Notes: generated from the letters alone by a model not told the origin. 64,000 bases of DNA from Bdellovibrionales bacterium (GCA_965262715.1 OZ253553.1:2112001-2176000), one strand, 5' to 3'. Counted from the stretch's first letter, positions 1 through 11,726 are shown. Program-made: numbers and translations.

Positions 1-141
1 CAAATCAAAACATACATCACTATCACCAGAATTTACTAAAGATACTAAACCTCGCTCATCAAAAGTGGTCTCTTGAGCTACAGAAATAAAAGTGAATAAT
101 AAAAGATATATCATAAAAAATGGTTTTAAATAATGGCTCAT
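1..141 (-). CDS. N-terminus of a secreted hypothetical protein (runs off window start)
   Basis: ATG at 141 with GGAG SD; open to base 1: MSHYLKPFFMIYLLLFTFISVAQETT, signal-peptide-like. Confidence 0.6.
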   Translation of the reverse strand, partial: MSHYLKPFFMIYLLLFTFISVAQETTFDERGLVSLVNSGDSDVCFDL

Positions 142-418
142 TTTTTCTCCTTGATATGCATATTTGAAGAATATAGATATTTATTATTTTATTAATGTCT
201 TTAACTGAAAATCAACTAAAATACTTCATTAATTGATAGACTAAAGTCTTCTAGACTAGATAATAATAAACTGCTGTTTTTATATAAATTGAATAGACAA
301 ATGTCCAAACAGGTAACAGTATAATTTAATCTTCTCTGTCTTTTACTCAGATAACCAGATCAACAACAATAAAATTTTTTAGTGAACATCAAGAAGCAAA
401 TGACTATAACCAACTATC

Positions 419-1525
419 CTATTCTTCAATAACTTGAAAACCATCAGCAGCCTCTGTAACTAAAAAATATCTAATGTAAGAAGTAATATCTTCTGTAAGA
501 GTTCCATCTGAACTACGAAACTCAATAGAAGCACTAGATATAGATTCTAATTTCAGTATCCTTCTGGGTATTGTTCTTGATTCAAGATCAACAGAAAGTG
601 TTACAATATCTCCAAATTGAACACCGCTATTTTCATTTATCTCAAGTATGGCATTGTTTTCATCTATTATTTCTACAACTGTAGCTGTAGTTAAAGGGGT
701 AGACAATCTAGCTATACTACAACGATTGCGATAATTTCTTACTCTCGTTCCATAAATATTAAAAATATCGCCTTCTTGAATATAATGGGATCGACCTAAA
801 GGAATTTGTATTTTATTATCCCACCACTCAATCACAGTACTTGTTATTAATTGCTGTTGTAAGAAGCCTTGCTGTCTTTTCCGTTCATATTCATTTCTTA
901 GTTGTTCATAGCCATTTTTTACCGCTTCTTTCACCGCATCTGCAATAGCCACAAAGGAAGATATTTCAACTCCTCTAGACAGGTCATCATTATTTGACTC
1001 AGGATCAGTTATTATGCTTTCTCTACCTATCTGAAAACTTATAGAGGTACCAATACCTCTAACTGGATCAAGTGATGGTGTTGAATTGTTATACCTTTGT
1101 AAAAGAAATGATAGCTCCAATCTTGTCGCGTCTCCTCCTAATTCAAAGGCACCTCTCAAGCTATCATTATTAAAGGTTACACCTCGACCAGGAGTTTGAT
1201 CAAAGTCTTCAACGCGTATATTGAAAATATAATCAGGACATATATGACTAGCTTTCTCTACCATATCTACTTCTTCCATTAAAAGTTTTAAAATATCACC
1301 CCTGCCACTATACGCTGCTGACATAGCCGCACTCCTAACAAGTTCATCAGTTACACCTACTTCTGATTCTAACAGATAGATGACATGCTCTATGTCACCA
1401 TTTTGAACAGCTTGTAAAAAACTCTGATTTGAATCATCAGAAGCTATCTCTTGGGCCACACCCTTTGAAGCAACAATAAATAATAAAAGGAATATCACAG
1501 AAAGATTTTTAAGTAACAAGTTCAT
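419..1525 (-). CDS. Secreted hypothetical protein with ankyrin-like N-terminal repeats
   Basis: Signal peptide; AVQNGDIEHVIYLL and AAYSGRGDILKLL resemble ankyrin repeats; AGGAGG SD. Confidence 0.55.
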   Translation of the reverse strand: MNLLLKNLSVIFLLLFIVASKGVAQEIASDDSNQSFLQAVQNGDIEHVIYLLESEVGVTDELVRSAAMSAAYSGRGDILKLLMEEVDMVEKASHICPDYIFNIRVEDFDQTPGRGVTFNNDSLRGAFELGGDATRLELSFLLQRYNNSTPSLDPVRGIGTSISFQIGRESIITDPESNNDDLSRGVEISSFVAIADAVKEAVKNGYEQLRNEYERKRQQGFLQQQLITSTVIEWWDNKIQIPLGRSHYIQEGDIFNIYGTRVRNYRNRCSIARLSTPLTTATVVEIIDENNAILEINENSGVQFGDIVTLSVDLESRTIPRRILKLESISSASIEFRSSDGTLTEDITSYIRYFLVTEAADGFQVIEE

Positions 1526-1736
1526 TTTTCCTCCTTTTATGAGATCTATTAGAGGTTAAGGATATAATAATGTAAAAAACAATCAAAGCAAAGGATAGTA
1601 TATGTATCTAAAAAGCTATAAATTTTTAATATGTCTTGGTGGATTCAAGTTGTAAGTACAACTCCTTGCATAGTTGTTTAAAGGGGGTTAGAGGAATACT
1701 CTAATCAATAGCTTTACATAACGAAAGGAGTATTCC

Positions 1737-2690
1737 ATGAGTAAGTACACTCATCTAACCCAATGTGAGAGATACCAGATTTTAGCTTTTTTGCAAAGTG
1801 GAAAATCAATAAGTTCAATTGCTACTCAGCTAGGTCGAGATAAAAGCACCATATATAGGGAATTGAATCGCAACAAAGGTTTGCGAGGTTATCGTCCTCA
1901 ACAAGCCCATGAAAAAACGGTTTATCGTCTTCAAAACTCTCATAGACATATAAAGATAACACAAAAAGTCATTAATAAGCTTGAGAGGTTTCTTCGTGAT
2001 CGTTTGAGTCCGGAACAGATATCCGGTTTTCTTAAACGAAAAGGTTTGTCTATAAGTCATGAGAGTATTTATCAGCATATTCTTGGAGATAAGCAATCAG
2101 GAGAAGATCTCTACAAATTTTTAAGATGTCAGAGGCAACGGAAGAAGCGATATGGTACAAGTAGATTTGATAAAAGGGGTCAGATAAAGAATAGAGTGAG
2201 CATTGATAAAAGGCCTAAGATAGTAGATAAGAAGAGTCGGATAGGAGACTGGGAAGGTGATCTAATGATAGGTAGACATCATAAAGGAGCTTTAGTCACT
2301 CTGGTAGATAGATGTTCTAAGAAGACGAGGATTGTCAAAATAGAATCTAAGAGATCTGAGGCAGTTTTTCATGCTATTTCTAAAGCTCTTAAAGGAGAGG
2401 TTGTTCATACAATGACTTTGGATAATGGTAAAGAATTTTCGTGTCATGAGAAGATCAGTGAATATACCGGATATAAAGTTTATTTTGCACATCCTTACAG
2501 TTCATATCAGAGAGGTTTAAATGAGAACACGAATGGTTTAATCCGTCAGTATTTTCCAAAGAAGACAGATTTTAGAGAAGTCACCTCTAAGGATGTAAAA
2601 AAGGTTGAGTTTCTTTTAAACCATCGCCCTCGAAAGAGTTTAGGTTTTCTAACTCCTAATGAGTTTCATAGACAAAAGATGGTTTGCTGA
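1737..2690 (+). CDS. IS30-family DDE transposase
   Basis: N-terminal HTH (IATQLGRDKSTIYRELNRN); GDWEGD, DNGKEF, RGLNENTNGLIRQYFPK motifs. Confidence 0.95.
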   Translation: MSKYTHLTQCERYQILAFLQSGKSISSIATQLGRDKSTIYRELNRNKGLRGYRPQQAHEKTVYRLQNSHRHIKITQKVINKLERFLRDRLSPEQISGFLKRKGLSISHESIYQHILGDKQSGEDLYKFLRCQRQRKKRYGTSRFDKRGQIKNRVSIDKRPKIVDKKSRIGDWEGDLMIGRHHKGALVTLVDRCSKKTRIVKIESKRSEAVFHAISKALKGEVVHTMTLDNGKEFSCHEKISEYTGYKVYFAHPYSSYQRGLNENTNGLIRQYFPKKTDFREVTSKDVKKVEFLLNHRPRKSLGFLTPNEFHRQKMVC

Positions 2691-2759
2691 AGTTATTCAT
2701 AGTTTATCCATTTAATTTTACTTATATATAATAACTTCTGAAAATGCTTATTTGACAGC

Positions 2760-2835
2760 TTGATGTTTATGGCAAAGGATCGTTCTTCCGCAGAGCTTTA
2801 GCTCGAGGACTACGAGACTTTGCCATAAACATCAA
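2760..2835. repeat. Hairpin repeat family B copy inside IS30
   Basis: TTGATGTTTATGGCAAAG/CTTTGCCATAAACATCAA stem with CTTCCGCAGAG...CTCGAGGACT core. Confidence 0.8.
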
Positions 2836-3337
2836 AATACATTCATTCAAATTAAATAATTTACTATAATCTTTCATGATAATTAAAACTTTGTTGAAAT
2901 ATTAATCTTAAAATGATACAACTTTTAAAAATATCTATAAACATAAAAGAGTTGCACTTGTGATTTGAAATTACGAAATATTATTAGTACTACATTGGCA
3001 AGTTAACTGAAGCGGCGTGTTACCTCATAATAGATTGTTACCAAGAGTTTGCTTTTAAGAGTTGAGTTATTCATTTATTTTTCCTTTGTTTATTGTATAA
3101 GTTGAGTAATCTAAAGAATTCATCCGTTACGAGGTGGTTTGAAACCCGCTCCTGTAAGCCGATCTCGAGGCGACTACCCTCTTCCTTTGCAAAGCATGGA
3201 AACTGTTTGTTTCCTTCTTGACGCCCGAAGCCTGTCATAACTCTAGATCATTATATTAAGGTAAGTTTAAATAGTAGACTTAGCATTTTTGAGACCGCTT
3301 CTAGTACTACATTGGCAAAGTTAACTGAAAATGAACA

Positions 3338-5359
3338 TTACTCATCCTCTGTAGGTTTTTGTGACGTTTGATTGGTTGTTTGATCTTTGGCTTGTTTAAG
3401 TGTTTCACTAAAAATATCACCAATACTCGTTTTATCTTTAGATTTTGCTTTATCACTATCTCGTTTTAAAGAATCACCTTGTTTTTTAAACTGATCTAAT
3501 TTTGTACTTAAAGCAATTTTCCTTGCTTTCTTATCAATACTCACAACAACAGCTTGTAGAACATCGTCAACTTTCAGATGATCTTCAATTTTTTCAGACC
3601 TTGGTTTATTATGAAGTTCACTGATGTGAATCAGTCCTTCTAAATTTGAAGTTATTTCTACGAAAACTCCAAAATCAACAACTTTGATAACTTTAACTTT
3701 GTGCTCACTTCCAATAGGAAAGTTTTTGTCTATATCTATCCAAGGATCAAACTCTAATTGCTTAATACCTAGACTAAATCTTTCATGCTCTACATCTAAA
3801 CCTAAAACCACAGCTTTAACACTATCACCTTTCTTAAATAACTCTGAAGGATGATGAACTCTCTTTGTCCAAGAAAAGTCAGAAATATGAACTAAGCCAT
3901 CAATATTTTCTTCAATACCAACAAAAATACCAAAATCTGTAACAGATTTAACTTCACCTTGAACAATAGTCCCTGGTTCATAGATCTTTTTTAATTCTTC
4001 CCAAGGATTTGCTTTTAGCTGCTTCATTCCTAAGCTAATACGTCTATGCTCAAAATCCACATCTAAAACAACAACATCGACCTCTTCGCTAACAGATACA
4101 CATTCTGAAGGATGTTTGATACGTTTTGTCCAACTCATCTCACTGATATGAATTAAACCTTCAATACCATCTTTTAATGTTACAAAAGCTCCGTAATCAG
4201 CTAAGCTCACAATGCGTCCCTTCACCTTACTACCAGTGGGAAAAATATCACCCGCCTCACTCCACGGATCAGGTTGAAGTTGTTTCAACCCTAGACTAAC
4301 TCTACCAGTTTTTTCATCGTGCTTAAGAACTTTAACATCTATTTTATTTCCAACTTCTAATATTTCTGAAGGATGCTTAATACGCTTCCAGCTCATATCT
4401 GTAATATGCAAAAGACCATCAAGCCCTCCAAGTCCAATGAATGCCCCATAATCTGTGATATTTTTGATAATACCTGTAATAACATCCCCTATCTTAATGC
4501 TATCTAATTTGTTGTATTGCATTTTTAATTGCTCTTTATCCTCCTCTAATAGAACGCGACGAGACAGCACAATATTACCACGTTTCTTATTAAATTTAAT
4601 TACTTTTAGCTGTAGAGTTTTTCCAACAAAATCATCCAAGCTCTTTACAGGTCGCACATCGATTTGGCTGCCTGGAAGAAATGCCTTCACTCCAATATCA
4701 ACGCTCAAACCACCTTTTACTTTCGCAACAACAACCCCTTCAATAGTCTCCTGATTTTCTGCGGCTTGAGAAATATCATTCCAAGCTTGTAGGACATCCG
4801 CTTTATTCTTAGATAGAACTACCATACCATTTTCATTTTCTAAACGTTCAATATAAACTTCAATCTGACTACCCATTTCAATAGTCATCTCCTTATCTTT
4901 ATCTGATTGAAATTCATGTATAGGAATAAGACCTTCAGACTTATAATGAATATCCACTAAGACAAAATCCTTTTGAATATCAATGATAACACCTTTTACA
5001 ACATCTCCTTGTGAAAAATGACTCTTATATTCTATTTCAAACAGTTGAGCAAAGTCTTCTGAAACTTCAGAAGTCTGAGTAAATAATTCTGGATTATCTT
5101 TAACATTTTTATCTTCAGTATTTAATATTGAAAGTACTTTTTCTTTTTCTATTTGACTTATGCTTTTTTTCTTAGGTAAGTCATCGGATTTTCCGTGTTT
5201 ATGAGATGCTTCCTGATCTGAAGATGAAGCATCTTGAGAAGCATAATCTTTTATATTTTTATGAACACCTGATAGCGAATCAACGACAATGTCCTCTTCA
5301 GAGGTAGATTGAGTTGTTTTTAAGTTTTCTGTTGTGTCTTCTGTTTCTGTTATAAGCAT
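3338..5359 (-). CDS. rpsA: 30S ribosomal protein S1
   Basis: Six S1 repeats (DYGAF..., GLLHITDMSW); long acidic N-terminal extension. Confidence 0.97.
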   Translation of the reverse strand: MLITETEDTTENLKTTQSTSEEDIVVDSLSGVHKNIKDYASQDASSSDQEASHKHGKSDDLPKKKSISQIEKEKVLSILNTEDKNVKDNPELFTQTSEVSEDFAQLFEIEYKSHFSQGDVVKGVIIDIQKDFVLVDIHYKSEGLIPIHEFQSDKDKEMTIEMGSQIEVYIERLENENGMVVLSKNKADVLQAWNDISQAAENQETIEGVVVAKVKGGLSVDIGVKAFLPGSQIDVRPVKSLDDFVGKTLQLKVIKFNKKRGNIVLSRRVLLEEDKEQLKMQYNKLDSIKIGDVITGIIKNITDYGAFIGLGGLDGLLHITDMSWKRIKHPSEILEVGNKIDVKVLKHDEKTGRVSLGLKQLQPDPWSEAGDIFPTGSKVKGRIVSLADYGAFVTLKDGIEGLIHISEMSWTKRIKHPSECVSVSEEVDVVVLDVDFEHRRISLGMKQLKANPWEELKKIYEPGTIVQGEVKSVTDFGIFVGIEENIDGLVHISDFSWTKRVHHPSELFKKGDSVKAVVLGLDVEHERFSLGIKQLEFDPWIDIDKNFPIGSEHKVKVIKVVDFGVFVEITSNLEGLIHISELHNKPRSEKIEDHLKVDDVLQAVVVSIDKKARKIALSTKLDQFKKQGDSLKRDSDKAKSKDKTSIGDIFSETLKQAKDQTTNQTSQKPTEDE

Positions 5360-5613
5360 ATATTCATCAAACTCCTTTTCATAAAACTATAATTAACAAA
5401 GTGGTTATAAAAGTTATATAACAAAGTCTCATTTTATCTTCTTAAAGTCTAAGAGTCACCTTCTAAATAATCCTTTATTTATCAAATATTAAAATAGTTA
5501 AAAAAGCAAAGGTCTTCAAATGACTACCTTAGTATTGCATTGCCACTATAATATAAAAGTTAATCTCCCTTATTTTACACCACTGTTATTTATTGTACTA
5601 AATTGCCTTGAAG

Positions 5614-6264
5614 TCAATGAGTTCCATCAGCTGACATACCAAACATTTCAATCTGTTTAGGCCGTTTTACTATTTGAACAAATTGAAGAGACTTTGAATT
5701 ATTAACTTGTCTGAATCTTTCTAAAGAAAATTTATCAGAATTATTTTCTCGCAATTTCTTACAAAGATGAACCATAAGGTATCCACAACAACGAGCATCT
5801 TCTTTAGCTCTATGAAAACCCTCAGACGATATATTTAAATAGTTGACCAATGTTTTTAACTTATAATTAAGTAACCCCGGAAAGACATTTCGCGCCATAG
5901 CGCAAGAATCAAAAATTAATCCTTGAGGAGCCTTTGATTCAAACTTTTTAATATCAGAGCTTAAAAATTCGAAGTCAAAAGGAGCGTTATGAGCTACTAG
6001 AATATCTCTACCACAAAACTCTGCAAAACCACCTAATACCTCATCCACAGAAGGCTTACCCTTTACCATCTCATCTGTAATACCTGTAATCTGAGTCACT
6101 TTTATAGGAATATCTCTTTTAGGATTAACTAAAGTGGTATAAGTGGAAGTGGGATGCCCATCTTCAAATCTCACGGCAGCTATCTCTGTGATTTGATCCA
6201 TTCCTGCTAAAAAACCTGTTGTTTCAATATCAAAAGCAACAAACGATGGTATAACATCTGACAT
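5614..6264 (-). CDS. DEDDh 3'-5' exonuclease (DnaQ/PolC-exo-like)
   Basis: FDIETTG, VAHNAPFD, HRAKEDA motifs. Confidence 0.9.
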   Translation of the reverse strand: MSDVIPSFVAFDIETTGFLAGMDQITEIAAVRFEDGHPTSTYTTLVNPKRDIPIKVTQITGITDEMVKGKPSVDEVLGGFAEFCGRDILVAHNAPFDFEFLSSDIKKFESKAPQGLIFDSCAMARNVFPGLLNYKLKTLVNYLNISSEGFHRAKEDARCCGYLMVHLCKKLRENNSDKFSLERFRQVNNSKSLQFVQIVKRPKQIEMFGMSADGTH

Positions 6265-6440
6265 AAATATCCCTTTTTTATTCCATTATGAAATGCTTTC
6301 TTAAAATACTTTTTGTACCCCTGGCAACTTTCTGATAGTGATTTTTGCCACAAAGATGGTATCATACTTCATTGCTACAATCGTCAATCTCACTTAAGCC
6401 CTGTAACAAGACGTGTCATTAATTTACTTATCTATATGCC

Positions 6441-6469
6441 TTGACTTTAATCGGGCTTACCACTATAAA
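6441..6469 (+). promoter_or_regulatory. Putative sigma70 promoter of ssb
   Basis: TTGACT-17 nt-TATAAA. Confidence 0.55.
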
Positions 6470-6534
6470 AGCGTTAAAATAAAGAGAAAGCAGTAAGTTT
6501 AATTTATTATTATTATATTGTAAGGAGGTTTTTA

Positions 6535-7008
6535 ATGAGTCTCAACAAAGTCATGATTATAGGCCATTTAGGAAGTGATCCAGAGTTACGTCAAACAACA
6601 AGTGGGCATTCTGTTACTAGATTTAATATTGCCACTAATGAATATTGGAAGAGCAAAACAGGTGAACAAAATGAAAAGACGGAATGGCATAGAATTGTGG
6701 CATGGGGCCGTTTAGGAGAAGTCTGTCATCAACATCTCAGTAAAGGCAGGCAAGTTTATATTGAAGGGCGACTGCAAACTCGTTCATGGGAAGATAATCA
6801 AAATATAAAAAAATACTCTACTGAAATCATTGCCTCTACTGTTCAATTTTTAGGTGCTAACGAGCAAAAAAGTATGCCAAATACAACAACAAACGCTCCT
6901 TCTTATGAGGATAAGTCATTTGAGCCTTCATTTGATAATACTCAAGCGAACAATAATGCCCCTGTAGAAGACAACAGCAAAGCAGCAGCAGAAGGAATGC
7001 CTTTTTAA
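6535..7008 (+). CDS. ssb: Single-stranded DNA-binding protein
   Basis: [24 protein letters not shown], acidic tail ending MPF. Confidence 0.97.
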   Translation: MSLNKVMIIGHLGSDPELRQTTSGHSVTRFNIATNEYWKSKTGEQNEKTEWHRIVAWGRLGEVCHQHLSKGRQVYIEGRLQTRSWEDNQNIKKYSTEIIASTVQFLGANEQKSMPNTTTNAPSYEDKSFEPSFDNTQANNNAPVEDNSKAAAEGMPF

Positions 7009-7138
7009 AATATGTTGTTGTTGTAAGTAAAGCACTAATAACCTAAACAACCAGGTCAAAAGTCCATCTGTCTCAAACTTTTAGACACTTATGTAAAAGA
7101 AGGTGGGTTCATTTCATTAATCCCTTCTCGATGATATT

Positions 7139-8824
7139 TTAAGTTTTCTTTCTCTGATAAAAGCTTAAAATGACTATCAACATCATTAAAATTATTTGTA
7201 ATAATGGGATATATTTCCCAAAACGTGTGAATAGAGTTAATGAAGGCTGCCCTGCGTAAGAAATTTCAAACCTTTCTGCCCATTCTTCTCCTGGAAGGCT
7301 TTGTTGCTTCAGAATTGTTCCATCAGCTAAAATAGCTGATGAGATACCTGTATTGGTCGCTCTGATTAAAGGCCGCCTCACTTCAATAGCTCTTGCTAGT
7401 GTCATGTAGAGATGTTGGTAGTTCTGAAATATATAAGGACTATTAGTAAAAAATTCATAGACTTTTTTAATTGGTGTATAAGTATTTCTATACCAAGAAT
7501 CATTAGTGACGTTAACGATGATTTGAGCATTTTGTTTTGCAAGCTCCGTAGAGAAATAGGGATAAAGACCTTCATAACAAATCTGTACTCCTAAAATAAC
7601 ATCTTTATCTTCCAACTTGAGTACTGTCGGACCTAGACTTCTAGAAAAATCAGATACCTGTGAAAACACTACTGAATCTTTAAAGTAAACAAAAGGTATT
7701 GGTAAATATTCTCCAAAAGAAATTAGAATAGATTTTCTATGTCTTCCTAAAATATTGCCATTGCCATCAAACAAAAAGGCTCCATTATAATACTTACCAT
7801 CTTCATCTTCTGAGAAAGCTCCTGTAAGAAGAGAAACTTTATTCTTCAAAATAAATGATTTTAATAAGTATTCACTTCTTTGATCTGTTTCTATTTCAAA
7901 TGGAAAAGCTGTCTCAGGCCAAACGATCAATTCTAGATTGTCAATTTGATTTAATAAGTCTTCTGTCAAATTAAAATACTTTTGATAAATATATTCGTTT
8001 GGATACTGCCTAATACTACCTATATTAGCTTGAACAACTCCTACATTAAGTGTTTTATCTGTAAAGTTCCATGCTCTTTCTTTAAGCTTTCCTGTGACAT
8101 TAAATAACACAAGCAGAAGAATAAGAACAACAATATGAATAACTGCTTTTTTTTGATTTATTAAAAAATCAGCACTCCATTGAAATATTCCTTTTATTTT
8201 TTTTAAAGAGTTAGCGTGTAGGCTTTTTCTTGAAGTATCATTCTTAACAAGAAGAAAAATCCATAATATATATCCATTAACAAGAAAAACTAGAGCACTT
8301 AAACCTTCAAAACCAATCGTGTCAGCCCATTGATACATAGGCCATTTTGTCCAAAATAAAGGATAACCTAAGTTCCAGTAAAACACTTTAGGAGAAAATC
8401 TTTCTAGAAGAACAGTTATAATAGCTAGAAAAAGTAATGAGCTTTTTAGACTAAAGGCTATTTTTTTACGAATCAAATGCCATATAAGTCCTGCGACAGG
8501 AATATGAAGATTTTGTGTAATGCAAAATAAAATTAAAATAACAAGTCCTAAGCCCTCAGAAACATCTCCAAATTCTATAGCTGTATGAGTTATCCAATGA
8601 AAACCAATAAGATTTATAATAAATTGAGTGAGCCATCCATAGAAAAAAACTCTCCCTCCAGACAAGTCTTGATGAATCCATATATACCAAAGGGGAGTAA
8701 GACAAAAAAACAAAGCCCAAGGTAAAAATGGAATATAACTTGTACTAAGCAAAATTCCTGATAGAATAGATAATAAAACAGCTAACATGAGCTTATTAAA
8801 AGCTAAAAAATAAATAAGATACAA
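7139..8824 (-). CDS. lnt: Apolipoprotein N-acyltransferase (start may be ATG at 8788)
   Basis: TM N-terminus; WPETA, K..L..FGEY, QICYE, TNDSW, RATNTGISS. Confidence 0.93.
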   Translation of the reverse strand: MYLIYFLAFNKLMLAVLLSILSGILLSTSYIPFLPWALFFCLTPLWYIWIHQDLSGGRVFFYGWLTQFIINLIGFHWITHTAIEFGDVSEGLGLVILILFCITQNLHIPVAGLIWHLIRKKIAFSLKSSLLFLAIITVLLERFSPKVFYWNLGYPLFWTKWPMYQWADTIGFEGLSALVFLVNGYILWIFLLVKNDTSRKSLHANSLKKIKGIFQWSADFLINQKKAVIHIVVLILLLVLFNVTGKLKERAWNFTDKTLNVGVVQANIGSIRQYPNEYIYQKYFNLTEDLLNQIDNLELIVWPETAFPFEIETDQRSEYLLKSFILKNKVSLLTGAFSEDEDGKYYNGAFLFDGNGNILGRHRKSILISFGEYLPIPFVYFKDSVVFSQVSDFSRSLGPTVLKLEDKDVILGVQICYEGLYPYFSTELAKQNAQIIVNVTNDSWYRNTYTPIKKVYEFFTNSPYIFQNYQHLYMTLARAIEVRRPLIRATNTGISSAILADGTILKQQSLPGEEWAERFEISYAGQPSLTLFTRFGKYIPLLQIILMMLIVILSFYQRKKT

Positions 8825-9033
8825 CTTTAGTGCACAGCATTACAGGTCCTTTACTTGCTAAATCAAAAGAACAAAAGTAGTCGTTCATGGTTCTCTTAAC
8901 TCTCAAAATACATTTTCTCTTTCCAAATAATTTGAAAATAAAACTCAAAAAGCTTGATAATATCTTTCCATTAGGGTTTATTTTGAGGTTAAAATATAAA
9001 TAACTATATACAAATACAAGAAGAGACAGCGCA

Positions 9034-9669
9034 ATGTTAGAAGACACATTTCCATGTCCTAGATGTCACACAGAAAATACCAAAGGCAGTATAGACTGCC
9101 ATGCATGTGGTATTGTCTTTTCTAAATATTCTATCAAACAATCAAATACTCAACAAGCACAACAACGTCAACAAGATTTTAGCTCTTTAAAAGATCAAAC
9201 TTCAAGACCTGATGAATTTCCTTCTCCAATTCAAAAAACAAATTCCGCCAATCTACAACTTCAAGAACTATGGCAAAAGGTTATGGAAAATTATAGCGAT
9301 AAAGACGTGCATGAACAATTTATTAATAAAGCAATACAGCTTGATAGCTTAACCTACGCTTCTGAACAATACCATAACATTTTAAGTTCTCACCCTCATG
9401 AAGAAGTGGCAGAAAAAATGCAAAAACGCATCACTTTTTTAGCTATGACAATTATGACTCCTGAACATGCAACTGAACCCGAAGGATTTCATCTTGGCAT
9501 TTCCGGTATCATCACCATTCTAGGTGCCATGTTAATGGGAGCAAACTATGTGTTATCAGATCTACTCAAAAAATCCTCTTTAAACCCTAGGCTTCTTGAA
9601 ATTTCTGGAGCAAGTATGATCATCATAGGAGTCACATTTATCTTATTAAAAAAGAGATCTAAATCATAA
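9034..9669 (+). CDS. Zinc-ribbon membrane protein
   Basis: CPRC...CHACG; two C-terminal TM helices. Confidence 0.7.
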   Translation: MLEDTFPCPRCHTENTKGSIDCHACGIVFSKYSIKQSNTQQAQQRQQDFSSLKDQTSRPDEFPSPIQKTNSANLQLQELWQKVMENYSDKDVHEQFINKAIQLDSLTYASEQYHNILSSHPHEEVAEKMQKRITFLAMTIMTPEHATEPEGFHLGISGIITILGAMLMGANYVLSDLLKKSSLNPRLLEISGASMIIIGVTFILLKKRSKS

Positions 9670-10626
9670 CTTGATACAGGCTGCTTGATGTAAGTTTTCC
9701 ATTTCGACAAGCAAAGGAGTTTGCTTTTGACATTCCTTTGTAGCAATAGGACAACGAGGGTGAAAAGCACAACCTTTAGGTAAATCAATCGAACTGGGTA
9801 TATCTCCCTTCAAAACAACTTCACTTTGGTTTTGATGAGGATCAGGTACTAAAATAGCAGACATTAAAGCCTTTGTATAAGGATGTCTAGGATTTTTATA
9901 AATCTCTAAACCACCTGCTATCTCCACAATCTTACCTAAGTACATAACAGCCACTCTATGAGAAATATGTTTAACTACTTTTAGGTCATGGCTAATAAAT
10001 AGGTAAGCCAATCCTAACTTTTGTTGCAGATCTTTTAACAAATTGATAATCTGAGCTTGAATAGAAACATCTAAAGCAGATACCGGCTCATCACAAATAA
10101 TAAATTCTGGATCAACAGCTAAAGCTCTTGCAATACCTACCCTTTGCCTTTGTCCTCCAGAAAGTTCATGAGGATAACGAGAAATTATATTTGATTGCAA
10201 GCCCACTGTTTGTATAAGCTCTTGCACTCGATCCTGATGATCTTTTTTAGAGGTATAAAGCTTATGGATAATAAGAGGTTCTGAAATAATCTGGCCTATC
10301 TTCATTTTAGGATTTAAACTAGAATAAGGATCTTGAAAAATAACTTGCATTTTTCTTCTAATAGTTTTTAAGTCCTTAATATTGGTAATATCTTCCCCTC
10401 GATAATAGATTTTTCCCTTTGTACAATCTAAAAGCCTCAAAATACACCGACCTAAAGTAGACTTTCCACAACCTGACTCCCCCACTAAACCTAATGTTTC
10501 ACCTGCTTTGATATTAAAAGAAACCCCTAAGACAGCTTTTACACTTTCAATTTTTCTTGAAAGAACTCCAGATTTAATAGGAAAATATTTGTGCAAATTC
10601 TCAACCTTAATAAGAGGTGCTTTCAT
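9664..10626 (-). CDS. oppF: Oligo/dipeptide ABC transporter ATPase (OppF/DppF-like)
   Basis: [28 protein letters not shown]. Confidence 0.9.
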   Translation of the reverse strand: MKAPLIKVENLHKYFPIKSGVLSRKIESVKAVLGVSFNIKAGETLGLVGESGCGKSTLGRCILRLLDCTKGKIYYRGEDITNIKDLKTIRRKMQVIFQDPYSSLNPKMKIGQIISEPLIIHKLYTSKKDHQDRVQELIQTVGLQSNIISRYPHELSGGQRQRVGIARALAVDPEFIICDEPVSALDVSIQAQIINLLKDLQQKLGLAYLFISHDLKVVKHISHRVAVMYLGKIVEIAGGLEIYKNPRHPYTKALMSAILVPDPHQNQSEVVLKGDIPSSIDLPKGCAFHPRCPIATKECQKQTPLLVEMENLHQAACIKL

Positions 10627-11681
10627 TTTACATCACCTATTGGAAAAAAACAGGCTGCTTTATGCTCCCTTCTTTCAAAAGCCATAAGAAGAGGTTTGCT
10701 TTCTAAACAAGTTTTTTGAACTAAGTGACATCTATCTTGAAAACGACAACCTACTGGTAAGTTTTCAAAACTAGGAACTATACCAGGAATAGTTGTGAGC
10801 TTCTGATAACTCTGAGATGACTGCAGTGGAGGTATAGAATCCAATAATCCTTTTGTATAAGGATGCTTAGGATGAATAAATATCTCTCTCACATTCGCAT
10901 ACTCAATAAACTGACCTGCATACATTACAGCCACTTCATCACACATTTTCGAAACTACACCTAAATCATGAGTGATAAGGATCAGAGACATTCCTAGCTT
11001 ATCTTGAAGTTCTTTGATGAGCCTTAATATCTGAGCTTGAATTGTCACATCAAGAGCTGTTGTCGGTTCATCTGCAATCAAAACATCAGGATCACAACTA
11101 AGAGCCATCGCAATCATCACTCTTTGCCTCATGCCTCCTGATAACTGATGAGGATATTGCTTCATACGCCTTTTGGCCTCAGAAATACCTACAAGATTTA
11201 ACATCTCAACAACTTTATTATGGACATCTTTTGTGCTCATATTAGCATGATGTGATAATACCGCCTCTGCAATTTGATCCCCAACTGTAAAAACAGGATT
11301 TAATGAATTCATAGGTTCTTGAAAAATCATAGAAATGACATTCCCACGGAAAGCTCGCATTTGCTTTTCTGTTAACTTCAAAAAGTCTTTACCCTTAAAA
11401 AGAACCTCTCCATTTAAAATTCTACCAGAAGAAGATAGTAGCCTCATAATAGAAAGAGCTGTAATTGACTTTCCACAACCTGACTCTCCTACAATACCAA
11501 CACTCTTACCTGCATCTAAAGAAAAGCTTACATTATCTACAATTGTTGTGAGGTGATTTCCCCTAACAAAACCTACCTTTAAGTTTTTAACAGTCAATAT
11601 AGGCATATCTCTTTCCATAACAATCATCCTTCTTTCTGTATCAAAGAAAATAGGAATTGCATAACCAGAATTTTTTAACAC
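10623..11681 (-). CDS. oppD: Oligo/dipeptide ABC transporter ATPase (OppD/DppD-like); true start probably an internal ATG
   Basis: [24 protein letters not shown]. Confidence 0.9.
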   Translation of the reverse strand: MLKNSGYAIPIFFDTERRMIVMERDMPILTVKNLKVGFVRGNHLTTIVDNVSFSLDAGKSVGIVGESGCGKSITALSIMRLLSSSGRILNGEVLFKGKDFLKLTEKQMRAFRGNVISMIFQEPMNSLNPVFTVGDQIAEAVLSHHANMSTKDVHNKVVEMLNLVGISEAKRRMKQYPHQLSGGMRQRVMIAMALSCDPDVLIADEPTTALDVTIQAQILRLIKELQDKLGMSLILITHDLGVVSKMCDEVAVMYAGQFIEYANVREIFIHPKHPYTKGLLDSIPPLQSSQSYQKLTTIPGIVPSFENLPVGCRFQDRCHLVQKTCLESKPLLMAFERREHKAACFFPIGDVK

Positions 11682-11726
11682 CCTTGGATATTTTTATTTT
11701 AAGATGGAATAAGGCTCATGGTCTAT

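Larger units (their letters stand above)
1638..2975 (+). mobile_element. IS30-family insertion sequence
   Basis: Imperfect 27-bp IRs at 1638-1664 and 2949-2975 (both end CAACTC when aligned) around an IS30 transposase. Confidence 0.85.
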
